From Schmidtea polychroa (lineage: Eukaryota): 64,000 nucleotides of DNA. Below, piece after piece: positions 1 through 12,835 of this stretch (position 1 is the stretch's first letter; each line of letters begins with the position of its first letter). The stretch is taken from NCBI GenBank assembly GCA_044892525.1, contig CM097885.1, positions 1,116,001 through 1,180,000 of the forward strand, read 5' to 3'. The notes under the pieces were generated by a model that did not search any database, was not told where the DNA came from, and saw only the letters and a program-made list of their open reading frames with translations. The position numbers and the translations under genes are program-made.

Positions 1-3000
1 GTGAGATATGTCAGAGAGTTCAACTATAGTTCGTAACATGTTACCTATTTCTTGCCGTGTGTTGGAGATCATGACAATGTCATCTGCATATGCCATTATG
101 CTTATATTGTGTCCATCTATAACAAGTGGGTGTTGTTTGAGGATTTTCTGGAGGATATAGTCAATGGAGAGGCTGAACAGAGTCATAGACATTGGGCAGC
201 CTTGCTTGACTCCATTGTTTATCCGTATCTCCCTTGATCGTCGGTCCTCGCATTCGTATATTGAGTAGCAGTCAGTATACATTTCTTTAATAAGATTGAT
301 TGTTTTTCCCTTCAGTTTCAGTCTCGACAGGGTATGCCAAATAAGGTCATGCGGAAGGCTACCAAAAGCATCCCCAAGGTCCAGCCAGATGATATTTATA
401 TCCGTCCCATTTCTCATTGCACATTCCTTGGCGAGACTGATAACTGTGTTATGTTCAGCGCATCCATCCGGAGTACCCACCGCTTTCTGGTTAGTGCTCA
501 ACAGGTGTCCTAGCTGAATCCAGGAGAGAAGTCTATCATTCATGATTGAGGCAAATGTGCGATATGCTGAGTCCAGTATAGCAAGCGGTCTCCAGGATGA
601 TACTTCATGCGGTGATTGCTCTTTCCCTGGTTTAAGGATGAGTTTCGTTCTAAAGGTTTTCCACGTTTTGGGACTATGTCCATTGCGTAGTATGTTGTTA
701 AAAAGTGCCAGTCTAAATTTGTTTTTCGGGTCTATCTTTTTCCACTCTTTGTATGTGATTTTGTCACTACCAGGGGCTGATGTGCTGTCAAGTTTGAGTA
801 TGGATTCGTTGAGTTCTGTGTCTGTTATGGGTTTATCTGATATAAGGTCAATGTATGAGGGTTGTGTATCTGGTGTACTATATTTAGTTATGTGTTTTGT
901 TGTGGTTTGGAAGTTTTTGTAGATGTCATCGTCTGTCGGTGTGGTCGTTGTGTTTTCATTTTTGTTGAGTATTTTTTCAATTGTTGCTTTTGGTCTTCTA
1001 TCAAAGTCTAGTCGTAGCTCGAATACTAATCGCTTAGTGTCTTTTGAGTTGAGGATGTTTATTGGTATTGTTTTACTTTTGTATTTGTTGGGGTATATAG
1101 CTTCATGTATCTTGGCAATTTCTACGAGGCTCTCATCAACATGAATAGTATTAGTGTCAAGCTGGATAATTATGTCATCAATGAATGCGGTATATCTGGT
1201 CACGTCATCAGTTGCTTTCCTTCTATATATTATTAGGTTTATTATTTTGTTAAGGTCTGTGCGTATGTTTTGTATGTCGGGGAGTGTGATGCATCTGTTG
1301 GAGGCTAGGCATTTGGCAAAGTGGCATATGTAGTATCCTGATTGCTTTGTTTCATTGCATCTTGGATATGTTAGTTCTTGTAAGGTGAAATCATTTGTGG
1401 TTATTATGTTTTGGAGGTTGGTCAGTATGTTGAGTATAGTTGTTGCTGTGTTGTAATGTTTCATGGTGCTAATTTGGCAGGTGGGGTCAATAATTGTGGC
1501 AAGGTTACGTTTTTTATTTATGTAAAAGAGTATCCAGAGGTTCCTTTCGATGTTGATGGGCCAAATTAGGTCTATCCATGTAGGATATTTATGAAATGGG
1601 AAGGCAGAAAAAAAGGTTTGGAAGTGTTTTTCAATGCATGCAAGTCCTATAAAGCTATCTATGTATATAGTGTTTTCAGTAGTTGCATGTGTTAGCATGT
1701 ATGCGGAGATCTGGTGCTGGTTTAGTCAGTCGGAGTCTATGTCTTTGGTGGTTACTGGGATGTTTGTGGGGGGTTCATTGTTTATTTCAGTGGGTTCAAG
1801 TATTCCCATGTGTGAGTGGTGGTGTTGTTTCATATTATCAAAGTTTATTGTTTCACCACAGTGGCATTTGATGTTTGTGGTCTGGTCAAATACTTTACTT
1901 TTGTGTTTTGTAGAAATGTGTTTGAGTATGTCATTGGCGGTGGTCTTCACAGTCATATGTATATCACAGGGGTTTTTCTTACATATGTATGTGCATAGTA
2001 GTGTTCCCTCTTCGTTGAGCTCTAGTGTGAGGATTCGCCTTTTGTCATTATATTGTTCTCTAGTACCAGGGATTTGTTTTTCAGGGTGATAATCAAGCCA
2101 GTGTTCTTCAATATTTGTGAGAAGGAATTTGGTTTGGTTCTGTCCTTTTTTCCTCTGTCTTTGGCATATTAGGCATTCGAATGTGTCTGTGTCTTTTATA
2201 ATTCGGTCATGCATGCTTTTCATGTGTTCATGTTGCTTGTCTTCCATCAGAGGGCCAATTTTGCCATGTTTGCAATTTTTCATCCTACATTTTAGGTAGC
2301 CTTCACTACCTAGTTTAAATAGTGCTTGTTTTTTGAGCGTGAATGGGGAGTCAATCGTGGTGAGGTTTTGGGTTACTGGTTGTTCGTTGGTGTTGAGCAG
2401 GTTATATAGTGGATTGGGTGTATTGGTGGATGATTCTGAGGTTTGTGTATCTGGTGCTGGTGGCGTTTTCATTATGTCTTTAACGATTGCAAAGTCTTTT
2501 ATGTGGAGGACATCTAGTGCATGATACATGTTAAAGGGGTCGTTGAGGTCAACTGGAGTTATGTTTTCCATTGGTGAAAAAAGGGAGCCGCTGGAAGATG
2601 TTGTTCTTTTTATTGTTTGTTCTTGTTGGGTGTTGTTGATTTGTTCATATTGTGATGGTGTTTGTTGGGTTGGGGTCTCATCAATGTCGACTTTGTTATT
2701 CACATGGATTTGTCGTTCTATTTCTGTGATGTATCCGTCATTGTCATCTTCCGATTGGGAATCATTTGATTCATTGTCTGAGGGTTCAGGTTGATGGAAT
2801 TGTGGATATATGTTTAGGTCATCATCCTTGGGCGTGAGAGTTAAGTGTACATCATCAATGTCGTGAGGGAGTTGGGAAGATGCTGCTGTATTATGTGTGA
2901 GTAGTTGTTGTTGCAATTTTGTCATCTGTGAGATTAGGAGCGCTAATGTTTCGTGTGTATTAGCTTGTTCGTGTTGTTGTTGTATTATGTATTGTTGCAG

Positions 3001-5452
3001 GTTTTTTGTGGTTGTTTCATGTTTTTTGGAGATTTCTTGATTGTTACAGTTGATTATTCTGTGGATTTCTTGTATGAGATGTTTATCCCTTTTATTGTGG
3101 GTGGTATTTGTATCCTTATTTGGGGACGAGTGTATTGTGGTTTCGATATTGTTATTGCATGTATTTAATGGAGTAGTGTAAGTGGGTGGTTTAGTTGTTG
3201 ATTGTATTGTGTTTGATTGATTAGCTTTGATTGGGGAAGATTGAGTTTCTATGGGTTTGGTAGGGGGGGAAATGGAATGAGGTTGTGGGACATTAGTGGT
3301 ACTGTTAGTGGTGGATGTAGGAATGTTGTAGTTAGACGGTGCTGGTGGGTTTGCGTCTGTTATACTGTTTACCTTAGGGTCATTATTTATGGTGGCTAAG
3401 GCGTGAAATCTGTTATTGGTGAGACTAGGTGTGGTTTCGTATTTGTCATTTTTGTTGGCTTGTGTTTTGGATAATGTAGTGTCATTATTGTTAGTGATGG
3501 GTAGTGTGGGTACGTTCATTGTAGTGTTATTGGTCAGTGGTATTGGTTGGTCGTCTTCATTGTAGTTATTTAGCTCGTTATTATAATCTTTAAGAATATT
3601 TATGTAGGTGGGGTCTTTGTGGAACATCGTCCAAAAATGTTTCGAGAGTGTTTTTATTTCTCGGCGAAAGGTATTATTGGATATTTTCGTATTTGGTATT
3701 TCAGCGTGTTGGTCATTGATGTTATTGTTGGGTAGAGGTTCTGCGGTTAAGTCGATAGTAAGGTCGTTTTTTGTGGTTTCGTCGTCGTCGTTGTTGGTCC
3801 GGGAGCCGGCGAATCGGCCGCAGGCCGATGAGCTGCGTAGGGGCTTATTTTTCTTGCCCGAAGGGCAAGAAAAATTTTGGAAATCATTATTTTTCAAAAA
3901 AGGAAATTGTTTAGGTAATTTAAACAAATTTCCAATTTTGTATTTAAAATTAATTAGACTATTATCTAATTTTAATTTAAAATCATAGAATTCATTTTCA
4001 ATTTGATTTAAATTATAGTTCAATGTATTATTAATTATAAATTTATTATTATATTTGTTTTTTGGATTTTTAGAGTTATTGGATTTATAATTTTCATTAT
4101 TTAAATTATGCTTTTTATTATTATTATATTCACTATTACTTATATCATTATTATAAATATGTTGTTTAAATATATTATTATTATCATTATTAATTAATTT
4201 AAATTTATTTTCGCCATTTTTGGCAGAGCGATTTTCGCAAAAATAACTATATTCGTCAGGACAATAGTATTTTTTACTATTGTCAATATGAGTATTACAT
4301 TCTTTATTATAATCATAATATTTCGTATCATTATGGAGACTGTATTTTCTAATATAGTCTTCATTAATTCGATCTTCATGGGCATTATTTTTATTTATTC
4401 TGTTTATTAATTTCTCTTTATAGGAAGGTGGATTTATTTTTATTGGAGCACTTCTTTCATCATATTGGGCAGAAGAAGGATGTGGAAGAAGGTAATTGTT
4501 GGCATAGGTTTGGTTATTATTGTTTATTTTATCAATTATTTTCGCATTAAGTTCATTAATTCTCATAGTTTCATCACTGTTAGGCAGATCAGGAGTATCA
4601 AGATAGTATGCCTTTTCATTTAACGGACGGCCATTCACGTAAGAAGTATTTTGTTTTTCATTATTAAAGCATTTAGAGGGAGAGTTACTTTCAGCAGGCA
4701 TATTAGGTGAAGCAAAGCCATAGGTTGATTTCTTTGTATGGCTGTCATGCGGGTAATAGTCATTATTTTTTCCTCTCATATTTGTTTGATTCGAATTATA
4801 TATTATTGATTTATTTTTATTAGAGTAATCATAATTATCGTACCCATTCATTACTCCTCCAGCATCTCTCCCGTCCACAAAGCCTCTGCCGGATACATCC
4901 TGGCAATCAAGATCACAGGATGGTGGAGTCGTTATTCGGTGCGCTGCAGCCATCTGTCTGCCAGGTCCATGTCCATAGTCCAGGTCATGAGGTGGAGTAG
5001 TCGTGTCACGGTGTTCCATCGTCATCTGCCGTCTCAAAGCAGCTTCATTTCTCCATTTATTTTGATCCTTAGAATAAATATTATTAATATTATTAAAGTT
5101 CTCTTTTTCATTATTTTTATCGTTTGTATTATTCCTGTATTTGTTATCTCGGACTCTTGTGAGCAGCGTAATCGCTCTCTGGTCCATATCGGCCGCTCTC
5201 TTCATTTTTCCCTTCAGGGTTTGCTCCACATAAAGCGCCGTGTTCGAATATCTCTGTCGTAGCCGCGTCCGAATCCGGTTCCAGCATTGTGCGAGATCAT
5301 CTCCGCTTTTCGTCCTACCATTCAATTTTATATAAAACGTTCGTAAGACCTTTGAAAGGTGCTCTTGAATGCTATATAGAGTCAATTCTGCTAAGCACTG
5401 GTAAACGGCGGGATTCTCGAATATCTTGTCAAAAATTTTCATTGGTATCATA
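1..5452 (-). mobile_element. NeSL/R5-like RLE-clade non-LTR retrotransposon, disrupted; 3' part runs off the window start
   Basis: Minus-strand RT motifs (SAPGSDKITY, WRPLAIL, QKAVG..DGCAEHN, WLDLGDAFGS, GVKQGCPMS, MAYADD at ~79-99) downstream of a degenerate Ulp1-like region (~1300-1700) and a long Asn/Thr-rich, Cys/His-containing N-terminal ORF. Confidence 0.8.
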
Positions 5453-5922
5453 TCGTTCTCGGACAATAAGCTTATCCTCTCATCCCTGCACTCTTCAATA
5501 CGTCTAAGCCTATCACGCTTCGCAAATAGTACCTCTGCCAACAGGGCTGGCACACCCAGCCCCCCATTTTTAATTTTACTATTTATAAATGATGAACAAG
5601 TATCGGTTGGCAGGTGTAACCATTTGCGAACCGCGCCTCTAGTCATTTTATCCAATACCCCTAATTCGGTGGTATCGGTTTCCCCTAGCACAGCCTCATG
5701 TAAGATACCTGGTATCAAAAAGTCACTAAGCACCTCTAACTTTTGTTGCGGCTTAATAGGTGCCCTCGTAATATACTCAAGACGTTTAGTATAAAGATTG
5801 GATAGCTTTTTAGTAGTGCGACCAAGGGCTCCAAATTGGATCCCAAAATACTTATAGTAGTCGTCAGCTGACATGGCAGGGAACTCTTCCCCATCAGCAC
5901 TTACCTTTTCGCTAGTAACCAT
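1726..5922 (-). CDS. Chimeric 1398-aa ORF: R2-like post-RT segment fused in frame to the low-complexity/zinc-finger N-terminal region of a NeSL-like element
   Basis: First ~155 aa nearly identical to ORF 49664-50482 up to ISLL(S/A)EN, then switches to NDMIPMKIF..; C-terminal CxxxxC..H..H and CxxC..H..H clusters. Confidence 0.65.
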   Translation of the reverse strand: MVTSEKVSADGEEFPAMSADDYYKYFGIQFGALGRTTKKLSNLYTKRLEYITRAPIKPQQKLEVLSDFLIPGILHEAVLGETDTTELGVLDKMTRGAVRKWLHLPTDTCSSFINSKIKNGGLGVPALLAEVLFAKRDRLRRIEECRDERISLLSENDMIPMKIFDKIFENPAVYQCLAELTLYSIQEHLSKVLRTFYIKLNGRTKSGDDLAQCWNRIRTRLRQRYSNTALYVEQTLKGKMKRAADMDQRAITLLTRVRDNKYRNNTNDKNNEKENFNNINNIYSKDQNKWRNEAALRRQMTMEHRDTTTPPHDLDYGHGPGRQMAAAHRITTPPSCDLDCQDVSGRGFVDGRDAGGVMNGYDNYDYSNKNKSIIYNSNQTNMRGKNNDYYPHDSHTKKSTYGFASPNMPAESNSPSKCFNNEKQNTSYVNGRPLNEKAYYLDTPDLPNSDETMRINELNAKIIDKINNNNQTYANNYLLPHPSSAQYDERSAPIKINPPSYKEKLINRINKNNAHEDRINEDYIRKYSLHNDTKYYDYNKECNTHIDNSKKYYCPDEYSYFCENRSAKNGENKFKLINNDNNNIFKQHIYNNDISNSEYNNNKKHNLNNENYKSNNSKNPKNKYNNKFIINNTLNYNLNQIENEFYDFKLKLDNSLINFKYKIGNLFKLPKQFPFLKNNDFQNFSCPSGKKNKPLRSSSACGRFAGSRTNNDDDETTKNDLTIDLTAEPLPNNNINDQHAEIPNTKISNNTFRREIKTLSKHFWTMFHKDPTYINILKDYNNELNNYNEDDQPIPLTNNTTMNVPTLPITNNNDTTLSKTQANKNDKYETTPSLTNNRFHALATINNDPKVNSITDANPPAPSNYNIPTSTTNSTTNVPQPHSISPPTKPIETQSSPIKANQSNTIQSTTKPPTYTTPLNTCNNNIETTIHSSPNKDTNTTHNKRDKHLIQEIHRIINCNNQEISKKHETTTKNLQQYIIQQQHEQANTHETLALLISQMTKLQQQLLTHNTAASSQLPHDIDDVHLTLTPKDDDLNIYPQFHQPEPSDNESNDSQSEDDNDGYITEIERQIHVNNKVDIDETPTQQTPSQYEQINNTQQEQTIKRTTSSSGSLFSPMENITPVDLNDPFNMYHALDVLHIKDFAIVKDIMKTPPAPDTQTSESSTNTPNPLYNLLNTNEQPVTQNLTTIDSPFTLKKQALFKLGSEGYLKCRMKNCKHGKIGPLMEDKQHEHMKSMHDRIIKDTDTFECLICQRQRKKGQNQTKFLLTNIEEHWLDYHPEKQIPGTREQYNDKRRILTLELNEEGTLLCTYICKKNPCDIHMTVKTTANDILKHISTKHKSKVFDQTTNIKCHCGETINFDNMKQHHHSHMGILEPTEINNEPPTNIPVTTKDIDSD

Positions 5923-7700
5923 CCATTTTTTCTGCTTACCGTCCCCTCGCGCTATAATGGAGGCACTCTTGGATTAACACTAAGGCCATTAGAAACCAAT
6001 TCATTTAAAACCGTTGTTAACAGGTGTTCTAACACCGCTTTGGTTTCACTAACTATTACTAAGTCGTCGGCATACGCCAAAATGGGATAGGTTATTCCCC
6101 CCACCTTATAGCCAATACCAGTTTCATATGCTTTCTGGATGTCGAGATCGATGACATTGTTGAACAGCGCGGGTGAAAGCGGGTCGCCCTGTTTCACCCC
6201 CCTGTTAAACTTTGCCCCAATGCCATCGACCGTAGTTGTAGCATTGTTATAGCTCTCTTTAACATACCTTAAAAGCAATTCGGGATAACCCGCTAATTTC
6301 GCCGCTCTCATTATACTATCATGATTCACAGAATCGAAGGCATTTTTCCTATCGACAAAGGCAATTGCTACATTCCTAAATTTAGTTCGCGCATCAGAAA
6401 GGATGCAATCCAGCAAAGTGGTGTTTTCAAGGCACCCATCCACTGGCTTAAACCCCTTCTGTGCATTCGAACCCCAGCGACAACTACTTACTATTGCCGC
6501 CAAGATCTTATTAAGTGTCCTAGTTAACACTGAGTTAACGGAAATAGGCCTATAGTCCCCTGGACTTTTGGGGTTTTCAACTTTTGGGATTAATGAGGTT
6601 CGTGCTGTCTTTAATACTGGGGGTAAATGTCCTAGAGCTAATATAAGATTAAACAACTTGTAGAGCGCAGCATGCGGTATAGTTCTCAAGGCCTTCGCGC
6701 TAATGCCGCCAGGACCACTAGCCGTTTTCAATTTCATCTTTTTCACAGCAGCTGCGATCTCCTCCAATGAGATGTGTGCAGCTACTGACTTATCCTCAGT
6801 TGTCCTCTGGACAGGCCGGGTATCGGGTTCAGACTCTTTTTCGAAAACCTGTTTCCAATAGTCCCCTCTACCCGGCATTGGATCATCCTCCAACAGCAGA
6901 CTATCCAGCTTACCTTCAAGGATAGTGCTAGCGGCCGCACTTCGATCCTTCTGGAATAATCTCTGCAAATCCCCATAAATAGCTCTCTTCCTAGCTACCT
7001 TTATGTGCTTTTTAACCTTTGTACCATCCACGGGGACCTGGTACGTTTGGTTAAACTTGTTTTTCCTCTTTTTGAGTTTTACTTGAAACTGCTTAGTTAC
7101 TGATAAGCAATATTCATCAAGCAAAACTCGTTGAGAATTTTCATCTTCAGTAAGGATGATCCTATCCAGTTGGTCCTCATGCCAAATGCTATGACCCTTG
7201 CTTCGAGGGAATTTCCTTAAAATAGTCATGATGTCTGGAGATGGACTCGGGGCTTGTGGGTTCTCCATCGCATCCTCCATGCCCATCCCCTTCATCTTGT
7301 CTTCTAACTCTTTAAACACTGCTTTATATTTATTACTATCTAAGTGTTTGCGAATGGATTCCTTTGAACGTTTGAAGGCTGAACATCCAAGGTGAAGTAT
7401 ATCAAGAAGGTGAGATTGAGGTCTATAACGATTTTCAAGGTGAAGTTAAGCCATGAGGAGCTCTTCTTCATTACTTTAGTAATAAGCAAGATTTTTTGTA
7501 TAGTTTCCTCAAGATGGCCTCATCACGTAAGGTGCGATGGGCTTTAGATATATGGACTCCACGTCCCCTCAGCGTTAAGAAAGGTAAAAAGCAATATTCA
7601 CAGACAAACTACTGTTCCACATCCCTCTCCAGTTTTGTAGTGTTGTTATTTCCTGTCATTTCATATTTATTTTGTTCGTGGAAGTTCATTCGTGTTGGAT
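5453..7700 (-). mobile_element. R2-like non-LTR retrotransposon copy 1 (zinc finger, Myb, RT), 3'-truncated, with stops/frameshift
   Basis: C2H2 finger FVCEYCFLPFLTLRGRGVHISKAH (~7535-7610), Myb-like region, RT ORF 5952-7319 (YRPIS, QKGF, AFDSV, GVKQGDPLSP, YADD); 5' boundary approximate. Confidence 0.85.
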
Positions 7701-8221
7701 ATCCTCCAACATGATACCCAACTGGCCAACAAGTAAAAATAGTAAAAGGGGACCTCACGAATGAAGTGGTGTGGGGAATAAAGAACAAAATGCGACGAGG
7801 GCTAATATATCAATAGTAAACTTTAGTAGTCAAATAAAAAAAATTTAAATTTAAACTTTTAGTTCATAAAACTTCATATCTTAAAAAAAAACAAAAACAA
7901 AAAATATTTTTTAAAACTTTAAAAATTAAAACTGTACTGTCATTCTTGTCATCGCGGGATTGATGACATTTTATAAGCATATAATAATAATAGTAATGAT
8001 AATAATAATAATAATTATAATAATATTAGTAATAATAATAATAATATTAGTAATAATAGTATTAATAATATTTCAACTAAATACTAGGCAAATGTTTTTT
8101 TTGAAATATTTTTTTTTAAAATATTTTTTTTTAAAATTTTTGATACAGTTTGGAGATGATTATTATTAGTTAATTTGTTTAGATATTGCATATTTTATGT
8201 CTTATTATTGATTATCCAGAT

Positions 8222-8263
8222 TGCAGCCTGACGAAGATTGTTGTACAATTGAAATATATCGCG
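8222..8263 (+). ncRNA. Possible minimal hammerhead ribozyme, Penelope-like element remnant
   Basis: CTGACGA (8228-8234), short stem GATTG/CAATT, GAAA (8251-8254), palindromic ATATAT then C; stem I degenerate. Confidence 0.45.
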
Positions 8264-8399
8264 TTTATGTTGAATTTATTGAGTTGGCGTTTCTCTAATA
8301 TTAGTAATAATAGTATTAATAATATTTCAACTAAATACTAGGCAACACACAAAATTTAACTAGAACAAAAGTAAAGATAAAAAATTTATTCAATAATAT

Positions 8400-10130
8400 T
8401 CTTCATGGTCTGTTAATATGACCTCTTCTATAATCATCGGTTTCTGCATCAATTTCTATTTGTTCATTTTCTCCATCGGTTTCTCCATAATTAACCTTAT
8501 ATAATCTTACATGTCCATATGCAAAACTAGTATTTTTCCCCACCAAAACCGTTTTATCATCTGCATTTGTAAGAGCTATTTTTTTATTTTTTATTGTATA
8601 TATTTGATGATTTTTTGATGTTATCCTTAATTGTGGTATTGAAAAAATTTGTTTTGTATTGTAAAAATGTAGATATCACTGATGTTTTAAGTCATTACCT
8701 TTCAATGTTACTCCTTTTGCTTTTTAATTTCATCTTCACCTAACAAACTATAATATTATGGCATAAGAAAACCACATTCTTTATATTTAAGACCTTTATT
8801 CATATCTTTGAATTTTCAAATGACAGAATCAAGGTTCTTACTGTATAAGGGATGATTTGGGTTATAATTTCAAGTGTCTGGAAGGTTATCCCTAATCATC
8901 ATACATTATTTAATAGTAAATTGTTCCTATAATAATCAAAACTATTCATAAAATTGTTGTTGCTAAATCTTATTCAAATTTTACTTATAGGTTTCCTACC
9001 CATTTTTTAATAATAAATGTAAGGTTAAATCCTCTACAGCACCTAACAGTATTACAAAATTACAAACTAAAATTTAATAAAACCTTTTAATAAATTTAAT
9101 AAATTAAAACTTTGATTAGCATGCATCCAATCAAAATTTAATAAATGAAAGTATTTAATTATCTAAATTTAAAAAATGTCTAATAAAAATAGCACTAATA
9201 TAAATAGAAAATAGTACATCTGTTATTGGAATGACATGTAAACCTCCTGTTCATTACCTTCAATATAATATGTAATATTCGAAATATCCTATTGCTTATT
9301 CTTTTAAGGTATTTATTTTTAATTATCTCTATTGATTTTTGGTTGGAACAAGTTAATTTAAAAGCCTAATCAAAAGTCTATCAATATTGCAATGTTCAAC
9401 AATGTCCTTGAATAAATTTACTGTATAAGGAATGATTTGGGTCATAATTTGAAGTGTCTAGTAGGTTATCTCTAATCATCACAGGTGAAAGAATATCAAG
9501 AGAAAAAATTTTAATTTCCAAGATTAATAGATATCAATGTCCCCCAGCAACGATATTAATTATATTACAATATATTTTTGTAACTCTTCATGATGCAGCT
9601 GATATATTCTAAGTATCGATAGATCAAGTGCAGATTGTCCAATGTAACTTGGTCTATTTAAACATATAGAATCAGGATTTAACAATGCTGCTATTAAATT
9701 ATCATCGATTTTTATTGATTTTTAAATGTAGGTTTTGATGTACACGAGACTATAAAACTTCTTCCGCTTAACCTACTTATTTAATTATTTCAGTGATAGT
9801 GAAATGAATTTCTGTTATTTTATTAATTAACAAGCTACTTCCTTGTGATTTTTTAATACTTGTGATTTATACTTGTTATTTGTGAAATTCTTTTTTAGAT
9901 TTTTTCATTTTTTCATTTTATTCCCTAATTTCTTCATCGAAAAATGTATCAGTTAAAGGTTTTGCATTATTATACGTAACCTTATTCGTTAATGATATAT
10001 TAATTTATCTATTAGTGATTCAGGAAATATTATTTCTTTAATATTTAAGTCACTAGTGTTAATACTTAATATTTGGTGGTAACTCTTAAATCACTTAGAA
10101 CAATTGGTAAATTTTCTCCTATTTGTATAT
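8400..10130 (-). pseudogene. Heavily degraded Polinton-type pPolB copy (A), divergent subfamily
   Basis: Minus-strand fragments NKKIALTNADDKTVLVGKNTSFAYGHVRL, AKGVTLKG, PSYIGQSALDLS; homology to the copies at 24.5-25.2 kb and 21.7-22.0 kb. Confidence 0.75.
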
Positions 10131-10617
10131 TATTTAATAGTAAATTGTTCCTATAATAATCAAAGTTATTCATCAAATTGTTGTTGCTCAATATTAGTCA
10201 AATTTTTAAAATTTTATAAAAAATTACAATCTAAAATTTAATAAAAACTTTTAGTAAATTTATTAAATTAAAACTTTAATTAGCATGCATCCAATCAAAA
10301 TGAAAATATTTAATTATCTAAATTTAAAAAATGTCTAATATAAATAGAAAATAGTATATCTGTTATTGGTATGACATGTTAACCTCCTGTTCATTACCTT
10401 CAATATAATATGTAATATTTGAAATATCCTATTACTTATTCTTTTAAGGTATTTATATTTCATTATCTATATTATTGATTTTTGGTAGGAACAAGTTAAT
10501 TTAAAAGTCTATCAATTCAGTATTCAAATTGATATTATTTGGGATGAAAATAGAAAATATCTTGGAGAAATTCTTCGATTAATTAATAAAGACAAGTATT
10601 TTAACTAAAAACTTTCA

Positions 10618-10755
10618 TTTATCAACTGCGAAAAAGATTGTCAAATTAAGATAGTTGAAGGTAAAAAATCTAAAATTCAGATACTTATTCAAGGACTCAA
10701 GATAAATGGAGTTATAATTAAACCAATTTGGAAAATTAAAAATGTCTATGAATAA
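10618..10755 (+). pseudogene. 3' fragment of a paralog of ORF 30931-31341
   Basis: KIQILIQGLKINGVIIKPIWKI aligns with YITIAIQGYKVDNNDVYSPIWKI. Confidence 0.6.
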
Positions 10756-12835
10756 ATTTATGAATAAAATTTGAGTTTTTTATTGTTATTTAAAATATAT
10801 TTTAAAGAAATCTATAATTTGGTTTATAAAATTATTAGTTGTCTGTAAAGTTAATATTTGACTATAAAATTAAGATTTTTAATTTATCTATAAAAGTTTA
10901 ATGTGGACAATACATAATTAAAATACTCTAAAATTATCATAATAATTAATAAAATGGAATAAAAAAAATTTTGCATAGGATATGCTCTTATAAAAAATTT
11001 TATCAATTCAAAAATATATGTAGCATAAGATAAATCATTTAAAAAAATTTAAATAAATTATAATATATAAAAAAATCCAATTAAAATATTTATAATTCAA
11101 AAATATATAGCATAAAATAAATCATTTAAAAAAAATGAATTAAAATTCAAAAAAATATATACATTTGTTTTCATCTTTTTCTTTCTTGTTTTTCTTGTGT
11201 TCATTTTTTTCATGAAAATTTTCTGTCAAAGTTTCATGAATATTTTAAGCTATATTTATCTAAAAAAAATTTTAAATTTAATTCTTTAACAAAAAGATTA
11301 TATATTTACCATCGTTATGAAAGAGCTTTATTTCGCCAAAAATCCAGAACATATGAAAAATTAATGAATAAACAACAATAAAATACAAGGTACATGATAT
11401 AAATCTTTATTTATAGTAAACGACAACGTCTAACTAAATGATCATAAGCAGATAAGCACGGAATACAGTTAAAGTAGTCGAATTCGTGGATTCGATAATG
11501 GTTCGACTTCCCAGAAACTACTACTATTCGCATCGGCAAAGAGAGTGTCCAGAAACCCTTTTCTCCCAGCGTGTTCCTGCCACTGGGATTACCCGATATT
11601 TGCTAGACTTTTCATAGAGTTGCATAGGTTTCACGAAAGTATAGCATGAAGTGTACCACAGCGATGAATAGGGTTGTATAGTTTTTATTTAAAAAATAGA
11701 TTAAATGAATGAAATTGAAAGGAAATGAAAAGTTTAATTAAAAAGGAAATTAAACAAAAACTAAGGTTGGTGGATTTTAAAGATGAAGCAAATCAAGTAT
11801 GGAGAAAAGTATTATGTAGTGTCCACATAATAATAATCAAGTTTTTTTTACATTTATTAAATGGAAGAGTCGTTTGGATTTGCAGTAAAATATAATAACG
11901 TTGACCCAAACATATTGATAAAAACAGCCGAACTTAAAAACCTAAATGAATTTCAACAAGTAAAAACTGCATCTCCTAATAGGAATATGTACAAGCACCC
12001 TTAAAAGACTTAAATTAGATCCTAATTGTTCTAGTTTTTATAGATATGACATTCCATTAGAATAGTATATAGTGAGGACTCCAGTGCACTTTCAAGGTCA
12101 TGGAATATCAAGATCAAATATAGACCAATCGAATCATTTATTTTTTAAATTAACATTTTATTTAATTACTTCTTTTTAAATTTTTTCTTTTTAATTTTAT
12201 TAATTAATTATTTTATTATGTTTTATTTTAATTTATTACATTTAATTAAATTATTAGTTTATTAATATTTTATTTTAATTACTTACGCTATTTAATTATT
12301 ATTATTATTATTATTTTTAAATAATTTATTTATTTTTTAATTTAAATTTTATTTAATTACTTCTATTTAATTTTTTTTCTTTTAAATTTTCTTAATTAAT
12401 TATTTTATTATGTTTTTATTTTAGTATTATTTAATTTATTTATTTATTATTATTATTATTATTTTTTTTTAATTATACATTTACATTATATTCTAACAAG
12501 AGGTAAATTATAACAATAATATTTCAATTTCTAATTAAAATTTTATTCAAATTGAATAATTACTAATTAAAATTTTATTCAAATTAAAATATTATTGTTA
12601 TAATTTAACTTTTGTTAGAATATAATGTAAATGTAAAATTTAAAAAAAATAATAATTTTAAAAAATAAAAGGTCAAGGTCAAGGTCAAGGTCATTTTTTT
12701 AAAATAAGTGATCCTGAGGGCCCATACTTTTTTTCATCCCAAAGATTTATGTTCCCGCCAACAGATTTTATTGATCGATAGCTCATCGTAAAGCCCAGTG
12801 CAAGACCTTTAAGTTGAATTAAAGATTCCTATCAT

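Noticed and set aside
52..5794. Many plus-strand ORFs over the non-LTR elements, and similar antisense ORFs elsewhere
   Set aside because: Shadows of minus-strand coding sequence with no independent motifs
7700..7820. HDV-like ribozyme expected at an R2 5' end
   Set aside because: Could not fold a convincing nested double pseudoknot by eye
11490..11515. GGTTCGACTTCC B-box-like motif suggesting a tRNA or SINE
   Set aside because: No cloverleaf or acceptor stem could be built
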